A stretch of 64,000 nucleotides of DNA from Candidatus Poriferisocius sp. (GTDB lineage Bacteria; Actinomycetota; Acidimicrobiia; Acidimicrobiales; Bin134), in the NCBI RefSeq assembly GCF_965202595.1, contig NZ_OZ241836.1:535095-599094 (forward strand), in the 5' to 3' direction. The position numbers were made by a program, and so were the translations under genes. The notes under the pieces were generated by a model. It was not told where the DNA came from. It ran no database searches and saw nothing but the letters and a program-made list of their open reading frames with translations. Of this stretch, positions 17,639-25,610 are shown piece after piece; the first letter of the stretch is position 1, and each line of letters begins with the position of its first letter.

Positions 17639-17695
17639 CGCTGGGTGGCAATCAGAGTTGGTTGGGGATCAGCGCTGGGTGGCAATCAGAGTTGG
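17637..17695. repeat. 25-bp direct repeat x2 (period 34) across a convergent stop-stop junction
   Basis: agcgctgggtggcaatcagagttgg at 17637-17661 and 17671-17695. Copy 1 contains the TAG of the binding-protein gene. Copy 2 contains the TCA (TGA) of the minus-strand ACAD gene. Confidence 0.9.
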
Positions 17696-18729
17696 ATGAG
17701 GCGGGGCACGGTTTCCTGGGCTAGCAGGTGACGGCCGATCTCGGCCGGTAACGAGTTGGCCGAGCCGAACAGCGTGTCCAGCACCAGCATCCGCTTCAGC
17801 CAGCGGTGAAAACGGTGCTCAGCCGTGAAGCCGATCCCGGCCAGTACCTGCTGGGCGTGGGTGGCGGTGGTGCGCGCCGCCCGGCCCGCCAGCGATTTGG
17901 CCAGCGCCGCCGGCAGGGGGTGGGGGTTGTGGATGCAGGACTCGGCCACCGAGCTTGCCCCCTCGATCTCAACCAGCGACTCGGCCAGCTTGTGCCGGAT
18001 GGCCTGGAACGATGCCACCGGCCGGCCGAACTGCACCCGGTTTAGGGCATGCCGGCAGGCCTCGTCCAGCATCCATCGCGCCCCCCCGAGGAGCTGGTGG
18101 GCCAGGGCAACTCGAGCGGCGACAACCGCTGAGTCCCAGGTGCCGCCCCCGGCCTGCCACTCGAGTTGATCAGCCGTGATCCGGGTGGCAACCCGGTGGT
18201 AGGCCCGCCCCGGATCCACCCCCGCGGCGGTGGATAGGGGGAGCAGCGAGGTATCCAGGCCGGCAATCTGGATCTTCCCGCCGCAGTCCACGGCCACCGT
18301 TGCCGTGGAGGCGTACCGGGCCCGAGCCGACACGAGCCCATCGATGGCAACGCGATTGCCCCGGTGAATGGCCGGTGCGGTGGATTTCAAGGGGGCGGGG
18401 AATACCGCGCAGGTTTGTATCGAGACCGCGACATTGAGGGCATGGGCTACCACGTCGTCGAGCAGCCCGGCTGCGGCCCCGGTGGTGCCCAGGGCTTTGA
18501 ACGCGGTGGCCGCGCCCCGGGCGGGGGCGGCGGCGAGCAACTCGGCCCAGCCCAGGTCGTAAAGCGCTTGGTCGGCCTCCCCCGGCCCGGCCGCGCCAAC
18601 CATGGCGGCCTCGAAACCACCGGCCAGCAAGGCCAGATCGTCGGCATCGGGGGTTTGGTTCACGATTCCGGTCCCGGGTCGAGGAGGTGTGGTTGTGGAC
18701 GCTGGTTCGGCATCGGGGGTTTGGTTCAC
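17686..18729 (-). CDS. acyl-CoA dehydrogenase-fold protein, probable non-catalytic partner subunit
   Basis: ACAD C-terminal domain (LGGARWMLDEACRHALNRVQFGRPVASFQAIRHKLAE). I see no Y/G-G-T-x-E-I-Q-like C-terminal motif. GTG 18729 overlaps the upstream ACAD stop (GTGA). An equivalent GTG at 18663 in the duplicate copy is an alternative start. Confidence 0.65.
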   Translation of the reverse strand: MNQTPDAEPASTTTPPRPGTGIVNQTPDADDLALLAGGFEAAMVGAAGPGEADQALYDLGWAELLAAAPARGAATAFKALGTTGAAAGLLDDVVAHALNVAVSIQTCAVFPAPLKSTAPAIHRGNRVAIDGLVSARARYASTATVAVDCGGKIQIAGLDTSLLPLSTAAGVDPGRAYHRVATRITADQLEWQAGGGTWDSAVVAARVALAHQLLGGARWMLDEACRHALNRVQFGRPVASFQAIRHKLAESLVEIEGASSVAESCIHNPHPLPAALAKSLAGRAARTTATHAQQVLAGIGFTAEHRFHRWLKRMLVLDTLFGSANSLPAEIGRHLLAQETVPRLIQL

Positions 18730-18753
18730 GATTCCGGTCCCAGGTCGAGGAGG
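18642..18753 (-). repeat. 46-bp direct repeat x2 (period 66) at the ACAD/ACAD junction
   Basis: cggcatcgggggtttggttcacgattccggtccc[g/a]ggtcgaggagg at 18642-18687 and 18708-18753, separated by a 20-bp spacer. The GTGA stop/start overlap is duplicated. The period is in frame and gives PGTGIVNQTPDA twice. Confidence 0.9.
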
Positions 18754-19868
18754 CGGCGGGCGATGATGTTGTGCTGGATCTCGGCGGTGCCGCCGTAGAT
18801 GGTGGCGGCCTTGGAGTAGAGGTAATCGGTGCGCCACCTGGCGGCGGGGAGGTCATCGTCGAACTCGATCACGCCGGGCAAAAGGTCACGCGCCGTCTCG
18901 AAAAGCTGCTGCTCGGCCGATGCGATGAGGAGCTTGTCGATGGAGGTTTCCACACCGAGTTGTTCACCCGATGCCAGGCGGTGCTGGGTGTCGCAGGATC
19001 GGCTGCGGAAGGCGACGATCGACTGGAACGCCCGGCCCAGGGCGGCGGCCGTCGTGTCGCTGCGGTCACCGGATGCCGCCACCCGGGCCACCAGATCGGA
19101 GCAGCGCCGGTGCAGTAGCGCACCCCGGTGCCAGAACGTGGTGGACCTCTCGTAGGGGAGAATGTCCATGGCCACCCGCCATCCCCCGTTCTCCTCCCCG
19201 ATGAGCCGCTCCTCGGGCACGAACACATCGTGGAAGTGGACCTCGGCGAAATCCAGCTTGCCGTGCATGGTCTGGATCGGGCTGTAGCTCAGGCCCGGTG
19301 AATCCACATCCACCAGCAGGGCGGTTATCCCCCGGTGGGCGCTGCCCGGTTCGCCGGTGCGGGTGAGCAGCACGCAGCGCCGGGAGTACTGGATGAAGCT
19401 GGTCCAGACCTTCTGGCCGGTCACCACCCAGCCACCCCTGGTTCGGGTGGCCCGGCACGACAGGGCAGCCAGGTCGCTGCCCGCGTCCGGCTCCGAGAAG
19501 CCCTGGCACCACATCTCTTCGCCCCTGAGGAAGGGGGGCACCACGCTAGCGGCCAACTCGGTCGGGGCGAAGTCGATGACGGTGGGGGCCAGCACCTCGA
19601 TCATCGTCCAGGCGTTGGGGTCGGCCAGGTTGCGGAGGTTGATCTCCTCGCCGACGATGGCCCGCAGCAGCGGCGAACCTCCCAGCCCGCCCACCGACTC
19701 CGGCCAGCCGTACCGGCCGAACCCGGCATCGTGCAGGGCGCGCTTCACTCGGAAGTAGTGCGCCATCTGCGCGTCCATCGATTCGGGTCCCTCCCGGGGA
19801 GGGGTCAGTTCGCCGGCGTTGGTATCGAGCCACGCTTCCAATCGTTGGCGGAAGGTCTTGGGATCCAT
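18726..19868 (-). CDS. acyl-CoA dehydrogenase
   Basis: 380 aa with MWCQGFSEPDAGSDLAAL and C-terminal IYGGTAEIQHNIIARRLL. Confidence 0.85.
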   Translation of the reverse strand: MDPKTFRQRLEAWLDTNAGELTPPREGPESMDAQMAHYFRVKRALHDAGFGRYGWPESVGGLGGSPLLRAIVGEEINLRNLADPNAWTMIEVLAPTVIDFAPTELAASVVPPFLRGEEMWCQGFSEPDAGSDLAALSCRATRTRGGWVVTGQKVWTSFIQYSRRCVLLTRTGEPGSAHRGITALLVDVDSPGLSYSPIQTMHGKLDFAEVHFHDVFVPEERLIGEENGGWRVAMDILPYERSTTFWHRGALLHRRCSDLVARVAASGDRSDTTAAALGRAFQSIVAFRSRSCDTQHRLASGEQLGVETSIDKLLIASAEQQLFETARDLLPGVIEFDDDLPAARWRTDYLYSKAATIYGGTAEIQHNIIARRLLDLGPES

Positions 19869-19917
19869 TGGGGTCGAAGCGAATCGGAGCTACCGGTCGG
19901 GTTGAGGGCTGTTCCGG

Positions 19918-20301
19918 CTACAGGCGCGGTTCGCGAACCAGCTCCAGGTCGGCCGACCCGCTGTCGGGAACGCGGGGCTGGCGCCACGCCTCCACCGGGA
20001 ACGAGGCCTCGCCCAGGGCGAACACCATCAGCAGCAAGTTGCGGGTGTCGCCCGGCAGGTCGTGGAGGGCGAAGGAGTCGCAGTGCTCGAGGATCTGGGG
20101 TAGGCGGGGCATCATGGCATCGTAGAAGGCCTGCATCTCGTCCATTGTCGAGGCCAGGCGCTTCTCGTAGCGCTCCCGCCAGGTTTCGAGGGCCCACCCC
20201 GAGAAGGGGGTGAGGTCCAGAAAGCAAGCGGGAAGCGCGGCGACGGTGTCGCTGTTGTTGGCGTGGCTCTGGGCGTTGTCGCTGTTGTTGGCATCGCTCA
20301 T
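19918..20301 (-). CDS. hypothetical protein co-transcribed with the Rieske oxygenase
   Basis: ATG 20301 overlaps the oxygenase stop (ATGA). 127 aa, MSDANNSDNAQSHANNSDTVAALPACF... No motif recognised. Confidence 0.5.
   Translation of the reverse strand: MSDANNSDNAQSHANNSDTVAALPACFLDLTPFSGWALETWRERYEKRLASTMDEMQAFYDAMMPRLPQILEHCDSFALHDLPGDTRNLLLMVFALGEASFPVEAWRQPRVPDSGSADLELVREPRL
20248..20292 (-). repeat. 15-bp segment repeated with period 30 at the 5' end of the hypothetical gene
   Basis: gtcgctgttgttggc at 20248-20262 and 20278-20292, encoding ANNSD twice just after the ATGA junction. Confidence 0.8.
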
Positions 20302-21617
20302 CGTTGTCCCTTTCGGGGTTCTCGGTCCGAGGCGGGCATCCACGGGTAGCCGGCCGGGCGCTCACCGGCCCGGACCTGCTCTTGCACCGCGGCGTGGTGG
20401 TGGCGGCAGAGGATTTCCTGGTCGTTGAGCATGAAGGTGTCCACCACCTCGCCCTCAATCATCGTCTGGGTGGCCTCCAGCGTGTTGGCGTCCTGGAAGG
20501 CGTACTCCTTGAAGGTCGAGAACGCGAACTCCTGGGCGGCGCGCCCGCTGGCGTTCTCGGGCGGCACGAAGTTGAGGGTGGACTCGAACAGGTGCCTGCT
20601 CGGTCCGAGGGGCCAGTAGGTGTAGGTGAGGTACCAGCCGGTCTCCCAGATCAGGATCATGAAGTTGGGCCACACCAGAAACGAGTCGATACCCCAGGCC
20701 CGGTGCCCGGAGGGGTTGACCAGCGGGGGGAGGTCCTGGTTGTTGTTGATCGCCGCGGGCTTGTCCCAGGGGCCGAACAGGCCACTGCGCAGCAGGTTCT
20801 CGATCGGCTTGACCATCCCCGGATCCTTGGGGGGTGACATACCACCCCACGACGACACCATCGAGTGGGGGCTGAACAACTCGTAGTGGAGGCCCTCGAA
20901 GCCAAAACCGGCCAGCTTCTGGGCCTCATCGGCGGCCGCCTGGCGCTGGTGCAGCACCGGTGCGTGGTAGAACTCGACGAAAGCGTCGATGAACAGCTTC
21001 CAGTTGCTGTTGATCTCCGAGCGCACCTCGTAGGTCTGGGTCATCTCACCGAACGGGTACCCGGCAAGGCCGCCGGCCAGCGGGGCCAGAGCCTCGGTGA
21101 GCGTCTGCCGGGGTTCGGAGTCGAGGTTGACGAAGATGAAGCCCTCCCACACATCGCAAGCCACGGGAACCAGGCCGAGGGTGTCCTTGTCGATGTCGAA
21201 GAACTCCGACTCCTGCTGGATGAACGTGAGCGAGCCGTCGAGGTCGTAACGCCACCCGTGGTACTTGCAGGCGAATTGACGGCACAAGCCCGCGGTTTCC
21301 TCGTTGGGGTAGTCGTCCCATACCAGTTTGTTGCCCCGGTGGCGGCACACGTTGTAGAAGGCCCGCACGGTGCCTCCCCGGTCCCTGACCACCACGATGC
21401 TGCGCTTGGCCCAGGGGAACTCCCTGGTGAAGTAGCTGCCGGTCCGGCCGAGTCGCTCGACACGGCCCACGCACAGCCACTCCTTCATGAAGATGGTGTC
21501 GATCTCCCGCTGCCAGTGGTCGGGGTCGTAGGAGTCACGATAGGAGACCGGCCCGGTTCCCAACCCGGGGTAGTGCTCGGTCCAGCTCCCCTCGGCGGGT
21601 TTCGGGAAGTGGGGCAT
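20298..21617 (-). CDS. Rieske (2Fe-2S) non-heme iron oxygenase, alpha subunit
   Basis: CRHRGNKL...CKYHGWRY Rieske motif, followed by a catalytic domain of about 300 aa (...FVEFYHAPVLH...). Confidence 0.85.
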   Translation of the reverse strand: MPHFPKPAEGSWTEHYPGLGTGPVSYRDSYDPDHWQREIDTIFMKEWLCVGRVERLGRTGSYFTREFPWAKRSIVVVRDRGGTVRAFYNVCRHRGNKLVWDDYPNEETAGLCRQFACKYHGWRYDLDGSLTFIQQESEFFDIDKDTLGLVPVACDVWEGFIFVNLDSEPRQTLTEALAPLAGGLAGYPFGEMTQTYEVRSEINSNWKLFIDAFVEFYHAPVLHQRQAAADEAQKLAGFGFEGLHYELFSPHSMVSSWGGMSPPKDPGMVKPIENLLRSGLFGPWDKPAAINNNQDLPPLVNPSGHRAWGIDSFLVWPNFMILIWETGWYLTYTYWPLGPSRHLFESTLNFVPPENASGRAAQEFAFSTFKEYAFQDANTLEATQTMIEGEVVDTFMLNDQEILCRHHHAAVQEQVRAGERPAGYPWMPASDREPRKGQR

Positions 21618-21626
21618 GGATTCTCC

Positions 21627-22862
21627 TTAGCGCTTGTACACCCTGCCGTTCTTCATCACGAACTGCACCCGCTGGGTGGTGGTGATATCGGTGAGCGGGT
21701 CGCCGGGGACACCGATGATGTCGGCGAGCATACCGGGCGCGATGCGTCCCAGGTCGGGTGCAGCGATCAGCTCGGCACCGGCGGTGGTTGCCGCCCGCAG
21801 GGCCTGCAACGGCGTCATGCCCCGCTTGACCAGCACAACCAGCTCCTGCGCGTTGCGCCCGTGCCAGATGGCGGGGGCATCGCTGCCGCAGGCGATTTTC
21901 ACCCCGGCCTCGATGGCCCGGGTGAGGGACTCCTTGGCCCGGGGGAACACCTCAGCGGCCTTGGCCCGTAGCGTCGGTGGGTACTGGGAGACATCCCAGT
22001 CCTCGGCCAGAGCGGTGGTGGACACCAGAAACGTGCCGGTGTCCACCAGGCGCTGGATGGTGGCATCGCCGATCATGAACCCGTGCTCGATGCAGTCGAT
22101 GCCGGCGTCCAGAGCGGCGTTCACCGCAGTGTCGCCGTGGCAGTGGGCGGCCACCTTCAGGCCCCGGCGGTGAGCCTCCTCGGCTATGGCGGCCAGCTCC
22201 CCGGTGGAGTACTGCTGGGCCCCCGACGGGCCGGTCTGGGACATCACGCCACCGGAGGCGCAGCATTTGATGAGCCTGGCCCCGTGCTTGATCTGGTAGC
22301 GCACGGCCCGCCTGATCTCGTCGATCCCATCGGCGATGCCCTCCTCCACCGTGAGGGGCATGATGTGCGGGGCCAGGCTGCTCTGGGCGCTCGGATCGAG
22401 GTGGCCGCCGGTGGGAACGATGGCATGGCCGGCGGGGACGATACGAGGGCCATCGATCCAGCCGGCTTCTGTCGCCTCGCTCAACGCCACGTCGATCAAG
22501 TACCCGCCGGTCTTGACGAACAGGCCCAGATTTCTCACGGTGGTGAAGCCGGCCCGCAGGGTGCGCCGGGCGTTGACGGTGGCCCGCAACGTCATCTTGA
22601 TCGGGTCGCTCCTCACCGGGTCGGAAAGACCCGCCCCCGGGCCGCCGAGCACCAGGTCCACCTCCATGTCCATGAGGCCGGGGATGAGGGTGAGATCGGG
22701 CATGTGGATCACCTCGTCGGCCCTCTCGATGGTGCTCCGGTCGGTGGATACAGTGCTGATCCGGTTGCCCTCGACGACCACCGATGCGGATTCGATGACA
22801 TCGCCGGTGTCGATGTCGAGAACGCCGCCGGCGCGCAGGACGGTTACGGTCGATTCGGACAT
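21627..22862 (-). CDS. amidohydrolase superfamily protein (COG1228-like) with a variant metal motif
   Basis: KCCASGG (carboxylated-Lys position), AAHCHGD, CIEHG and CGSDAP are all present. The usual HxH after beta-1 reads PGLMDMEVDL. Confidence 0.75.
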   Translation of the reverse strand: MSESTVTVLRAGGVLDIDTGDVIESASVVVEGNRISTVSTDRSTIERADEVIHMPDLTLIPGLMDMEVDLVLGGPGAGLSDPVRSDPIKMTLRATVNARRTLRAGFTTVRNLGLFVKTGGYLIDVALSEATEAGWIDGPRIVPAGHAIVPTGGHLDPSAQSSLAPHIMPLTVEEGIADGIDEIRRAVRYQIKHGARLIKCCASGGVMSQTGPSGAQQYSTGELAAIAEEAHRRGLKVAAHCHGDTAVNAALDAGIDCIEHGFMIGDATIQRLVDTGTFLVSTTALAEDWDVSQYPPTLRAKAAEVFPRAKESLTRAIEAGVKIACGSDAPAIWHGRNAQELVVLVKRGMTPLQALRAATTAGAELIAAPDLGRIAPGMLADIIGVPGDPLTDITTTQRVQFVMKNGRVYKR

Positions 22863-22907
22863 GGCAGGCCTTTTCCTGTGGGGTTATTTCGGGGGTTGTT
22901 GGGGTAG

Positions 22908-22966
22908 GGGCTAGTAGTTCTCGTACTCGATGTCTTTTGGACTGGGCTAGTAGTTCTCGTACTCGA
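22908..22966 (-). repeat. 23-bp direct repeat x2 (period 36) duplicating the ferredoxin 3' end
   Basis: gggctagtagttctcgtactcga at 22908-22930 and 22944-22966. Each copy encodes ...EYENY* on the minus strand. Confidence 0.9.
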
Positions 22967-23228
22967 CAACGGTATCGCCCTCGGGGATTGATTGGCAGGT
23001 GAGGATCCACCCCTCGTCCAGGTCATCGGGGGTCAGAGCGTTGTTGGCCCGCATCGTGACGTGACCCCGATGGAGCAGGGCCATACAGGTGGCGCAGTTG
23101 CCCGCCTCGCAGGAGAACGGGGGGCTGAGTCCGGCCCGCCGGGCGGCTTCGAGCACCGTGTCGCCCGCGACATAGTCCAAGGTGTGGTGCCGACCCTCAA
23201 ACACGATGGTCAGGGTTGCGTTCTTCAT
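22947..23228 (-). CDS. 2Fe-2S ferredoxin (plant/adrenodoxin-like fold)
   Basis: 93 aa with CEAGNCATC...LTCQS cysteine pattern. Confidence 0.85.
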   Translation of the reverse strand: MKNATLTIVFEGRHHTLDYVAGDTVLEAARRAGLSPPFSCEAGNCATCMALLHRGHVTMRANNALTPDDLDEGWILTCQSIPEGDTVVEYENY

Positions 23229-23322
23229 CTTCGGCGATCAGGGGATTGCGTTCTTGGTTTTCGGTGATCAGGGGGTTGGGTTCTTGGTTTTCGGCGATCA
23301 GGAAGGCGATCAGGGGATTGCG
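23221..23322 (-). repeat. 30-bp tandem repeat, about 3.3 copies, between the CoA-transferase stop and the ferredoxin start
   Basis: ttcttcatcttcggcgatcaggggattgcg / ttcttggttttcggtgatcagggggttggg / ttcttggttttcggcgatcaggaagg / cgatcaggggattgcgccc. Each unit combines the ferredoxin start region with the CoA-transferase end (..AIP*). The ATG is retained only in the copy next to the ferredoxin. Confidence 0.85.
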
Positions 23323-24530
23323 CCCTTGATCTTCAGTTCGATGACCTGGTCGTAGTCGAGGCCGAGGACCCGCTGGAGAATCTCGTCGCCGTGCTCGTTG
23401 AAGTCCGGTGCCCGGCGGGGCTGAGCCGGCCGGCCGCCGTACTGCACCGGCGGAGACACCAGCGAGAACGGTTCCCCGGCGGCCGACTCGTACTCCTGCA
23501 CGTACCCGTTGGCCACGGCTTGGTGGTCGGTGGCCGCCTCGAGGGTGTCCTGGACAACCGCCCACTGGCCCGAGAACCCCGCCAGCGCCTCGCGCCACTC
23601 CTCCAGGGTGCGCTCGGCGAAGGCCTCGGCCAGGAGTTGGGTACCCACCGCCGCGTTGCGGGTGATCGAGGCGGCATCGGCGAAGCGCTCGTCGCCGGCC
23701 AGCTCGGGGCGGCCCACCACCGCACACGCCTCGGGCCAGTACTTGGCGGCTTGAAGGCAGGTGAGGAAGATGAACCGGCCGTCCCTGGTGCGGTATGTGC
23801 TGCTTAGAGGATTGCCGGGGGGCGCGTCCTTGGGGCGGCCCCGCCAGGGGGTCTGATGCTGGAGGGACAGGGCAATGGTGGCCCCCATCGACCACATCCC
23901 CACGCCGAGCAGGGATACGTCCACGGTGGTGGCCTCACCGGTGCGCTCTCGGTGGAACAGTGCCCCCATGATGCCCCCGGCGATGGTCATGGCCCCTATG
24001 GAGTCGCCGAACGCCGGCCCCGGCGGGCCGATCACCGTGTCGTTCTCGGGGGGCGAGAGCGCGGCGGCGACGCTCGACCGGGCCCAGTAGGCCAGCGAGT
24101 CGTACGAGCCTTTGTCCCGGTCGGGCCCGTTCTCGCCCTGGCCGCTGCCGCTCACGTAGATGATGTCGGGGTTATGGGCCCGGATCTCGTCGAGGCCGAT
24201 CCGAAGCTTCTCGCGGACCCCGGGCAGCTTGTTGGTTAGGAATACATCGCTGACCCCGGCCAGGCGGTACAGCACATCGAGGCCCGCGGCGGCGGTCAGG
24301 TCGAGGCCGAGGCTCTGCTTGCCCCGGTTGGAGTGCTCGAGCAGCACGTGGGCTCCCTTGCCCAGCGACACCGTGCCGCTGGAGGCCAGACCCCGCATGG
24401 CATCGCCCCGCTCCACATGCTCGATCTTTACGACCTCGGCCCCCCACTCGGCGAGCAGGGCAGAAGCAGCGGGTACGAACGTGTGCTCGGCCACCTCGAG
24501 GATGCGGACACCGTGCATGACATCGGTCAT
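23310..24530 (-). CDS. CoA-transferase family III (CaiB/BaiF-like)
   Basis: MTDVMHGVRILEVAEHTFVPAASALLAEWGAEVVKIEHVERGDAMR is a typical N-terminus for this family. About 406 aa. Confidence 0.85.
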   Translation of the reverse strand: MTDVMHGVRILEVAEHTFVPAASALLAEWGAEVVKIEHVERGDAMRGLASSGTVSLGKGAHVLLEHSNRGKQSLGLDLTAAAGLDVLYRLAGVSDVFLTNKLPGVREKLRIGLDEIRAHNPDIIYVSGSGQGENGPDRDKGSYDSLAYWARSSVAAALSPPENDTVIGPPGPAFGDSIGAMTIAGGIMGALFHRERTGEATTVDVSLLGVGMWSMGATIALSLQHQTPWRGRPKDAPPGNPLSSTYRTRDGRFIFLTCLQAAKYWPEACAVVGRPELAGDERFADAASITRNAAVGTQLLAEAFAERTLEEWREALAGFSGQWAVVQDTLEAATDHQAVANGYVQEYESAAGEPFSLVSPPVQYGGRPAQPRRAPDFNEHGDEILQRVLGLDYDQVIELKIKGAIP

Positions 24531-24594
24531 CGAACTCTCCGTTTCGGATATTTCGGGCCCGGGGCCTGGATGCGGGGCTCGGACCTGGGCAAGG

Positions 24595-25083
24595 TCAGCT
24601 CTTTTTGAGGGCGAGCCGGCGGGCCAGGGCGTAGACACCCTGATCGTGGGAGAACTCCACCATGTTCCCGTCAGGGTCGCTCAGCATGCAGATGTAGCCG
24701 ATGGGGGGTGGCATGTCCGTGGGGGCCATGCGCAGCCAGCCACCGGCATCGCCCCGGGTGGCCGCATCCTCGACCGCCTCGCGGCTGGTCAGCTCGATGC
24801 CCAGGTGGGCAAACGGGGCCAGCCTGGCTATGGGCGAGTCCTTGAATGGGTCGGTCCCGGGAAAGAACTGGGCTATCACCAGCAAGAACGGAGAATCGGG
24901 GGCATCGTCGTGGCCCAGCCAGGCCCCGTAACCCATGTCGTCCTGGCGCCGGTCGAGCAACCGCATCGGGGTGTAGGTGGTGTACCAGTCGATGGTGGCG
25001 TCGATGTCGGTCACCCGCAGGGCCACGTGGGTCCAGCGGGGGGCCGGTGGGTGGATGTCGTGCACGGGGGCGTGATCGTCCAC
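24595..25083 (-). CDS. VOC (glyoxalase/bleomycin resistance/dioxygenase) family protein
   Basis: THVALRVTDIDATIDWY...HLGIELTSREAVED...GNMVEFSHDQG paired beta-alpha-beta-beta-beta pattern. Confidence 0.65.
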   Translation of the reverse strand: MDDHAPVHDIHPPAPRWTHVALRVTDIDATIDWYTTYTPMRLLDRRQDDMGYGAWLGHDDAPDSPFLLVIAQFFPGTDPFKDSPIARLAPFAHLGIELTSREAVEDAATRGDAGGWLRMAPTDMPPPIGYICMLSDPDGNMVEFSHDQGVYALARRLALKKS

Positions 25084-25090
25084 GGTGGAT

Positions 25091-25582
25091 CTACTCCGAG
25101 GTCCAGCCGTCGGGCACTTGGGGGTCGTCGCCGCCCTTGGTCCATAGCATCAGCGTGTTGCCCCACGGATCCTTGAAAGCGGCGTTGAACCCGTTGAACT
25201 CTGCCCAGTAGTGGTTTCGCCACAGCTCGGTGGCCCCGCGGGCCAGGGCTCGGTCCATGATGGCGTCGGAGGAGTCGTCGTCGCTCACCAGGATCCACAC
25301 CCTCACGGTGCGACCGTCGCCGGCCGGAGTGCGGGGCTCGGTTCCATCGGGGTGGGGGTGGGGACGGGCGTTGGCCACGTTGTGGATACCCATGTGCAGG
25401 TTGCCGATGGGGCTCTGGGAGCCGTCGTCCAGCAGGAAGTTCTGGCCGGGGACGATGCGGTGGAACACACCCGCGGGGCGGGGTTCCACCTCCCAGCCGA
25501 ACACCTCGCGGTAGAAGGTGGCCGAGGCCTCGGGGTCACTGGAGGGGAAATCAACAAAGATGAGAGTGTTGGGGTAGGTCAT
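25091..25582 (-). CDS. VOC family protein
   Basis: From MTYPNTLIFVDFPSSDPEASATFYREVFGWEVE (ATG 25582). The N-terminal extension in the track ORF overlaps the upstream gene. Confidence 0.6.
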   Translation of the reverse strand: MTYPNTLIFVDFPSSDPEASATFYREVFGWEVEPRPAGVFHRIVPGQNFLLDDGSQSPIGNLHMGIHNVANARPHPHPDGTEPRTPAGDGRTVRVWILVSDDDSSDAIMDRALARGATELWRNHYWAEFNGFNAAFKDPWGNTLMLWTKGGDDPQVPDGWTSE

Positions 25583-25610
25583 CGGGTTATTTCTAGTCCA
25601 TAACTCTGGG

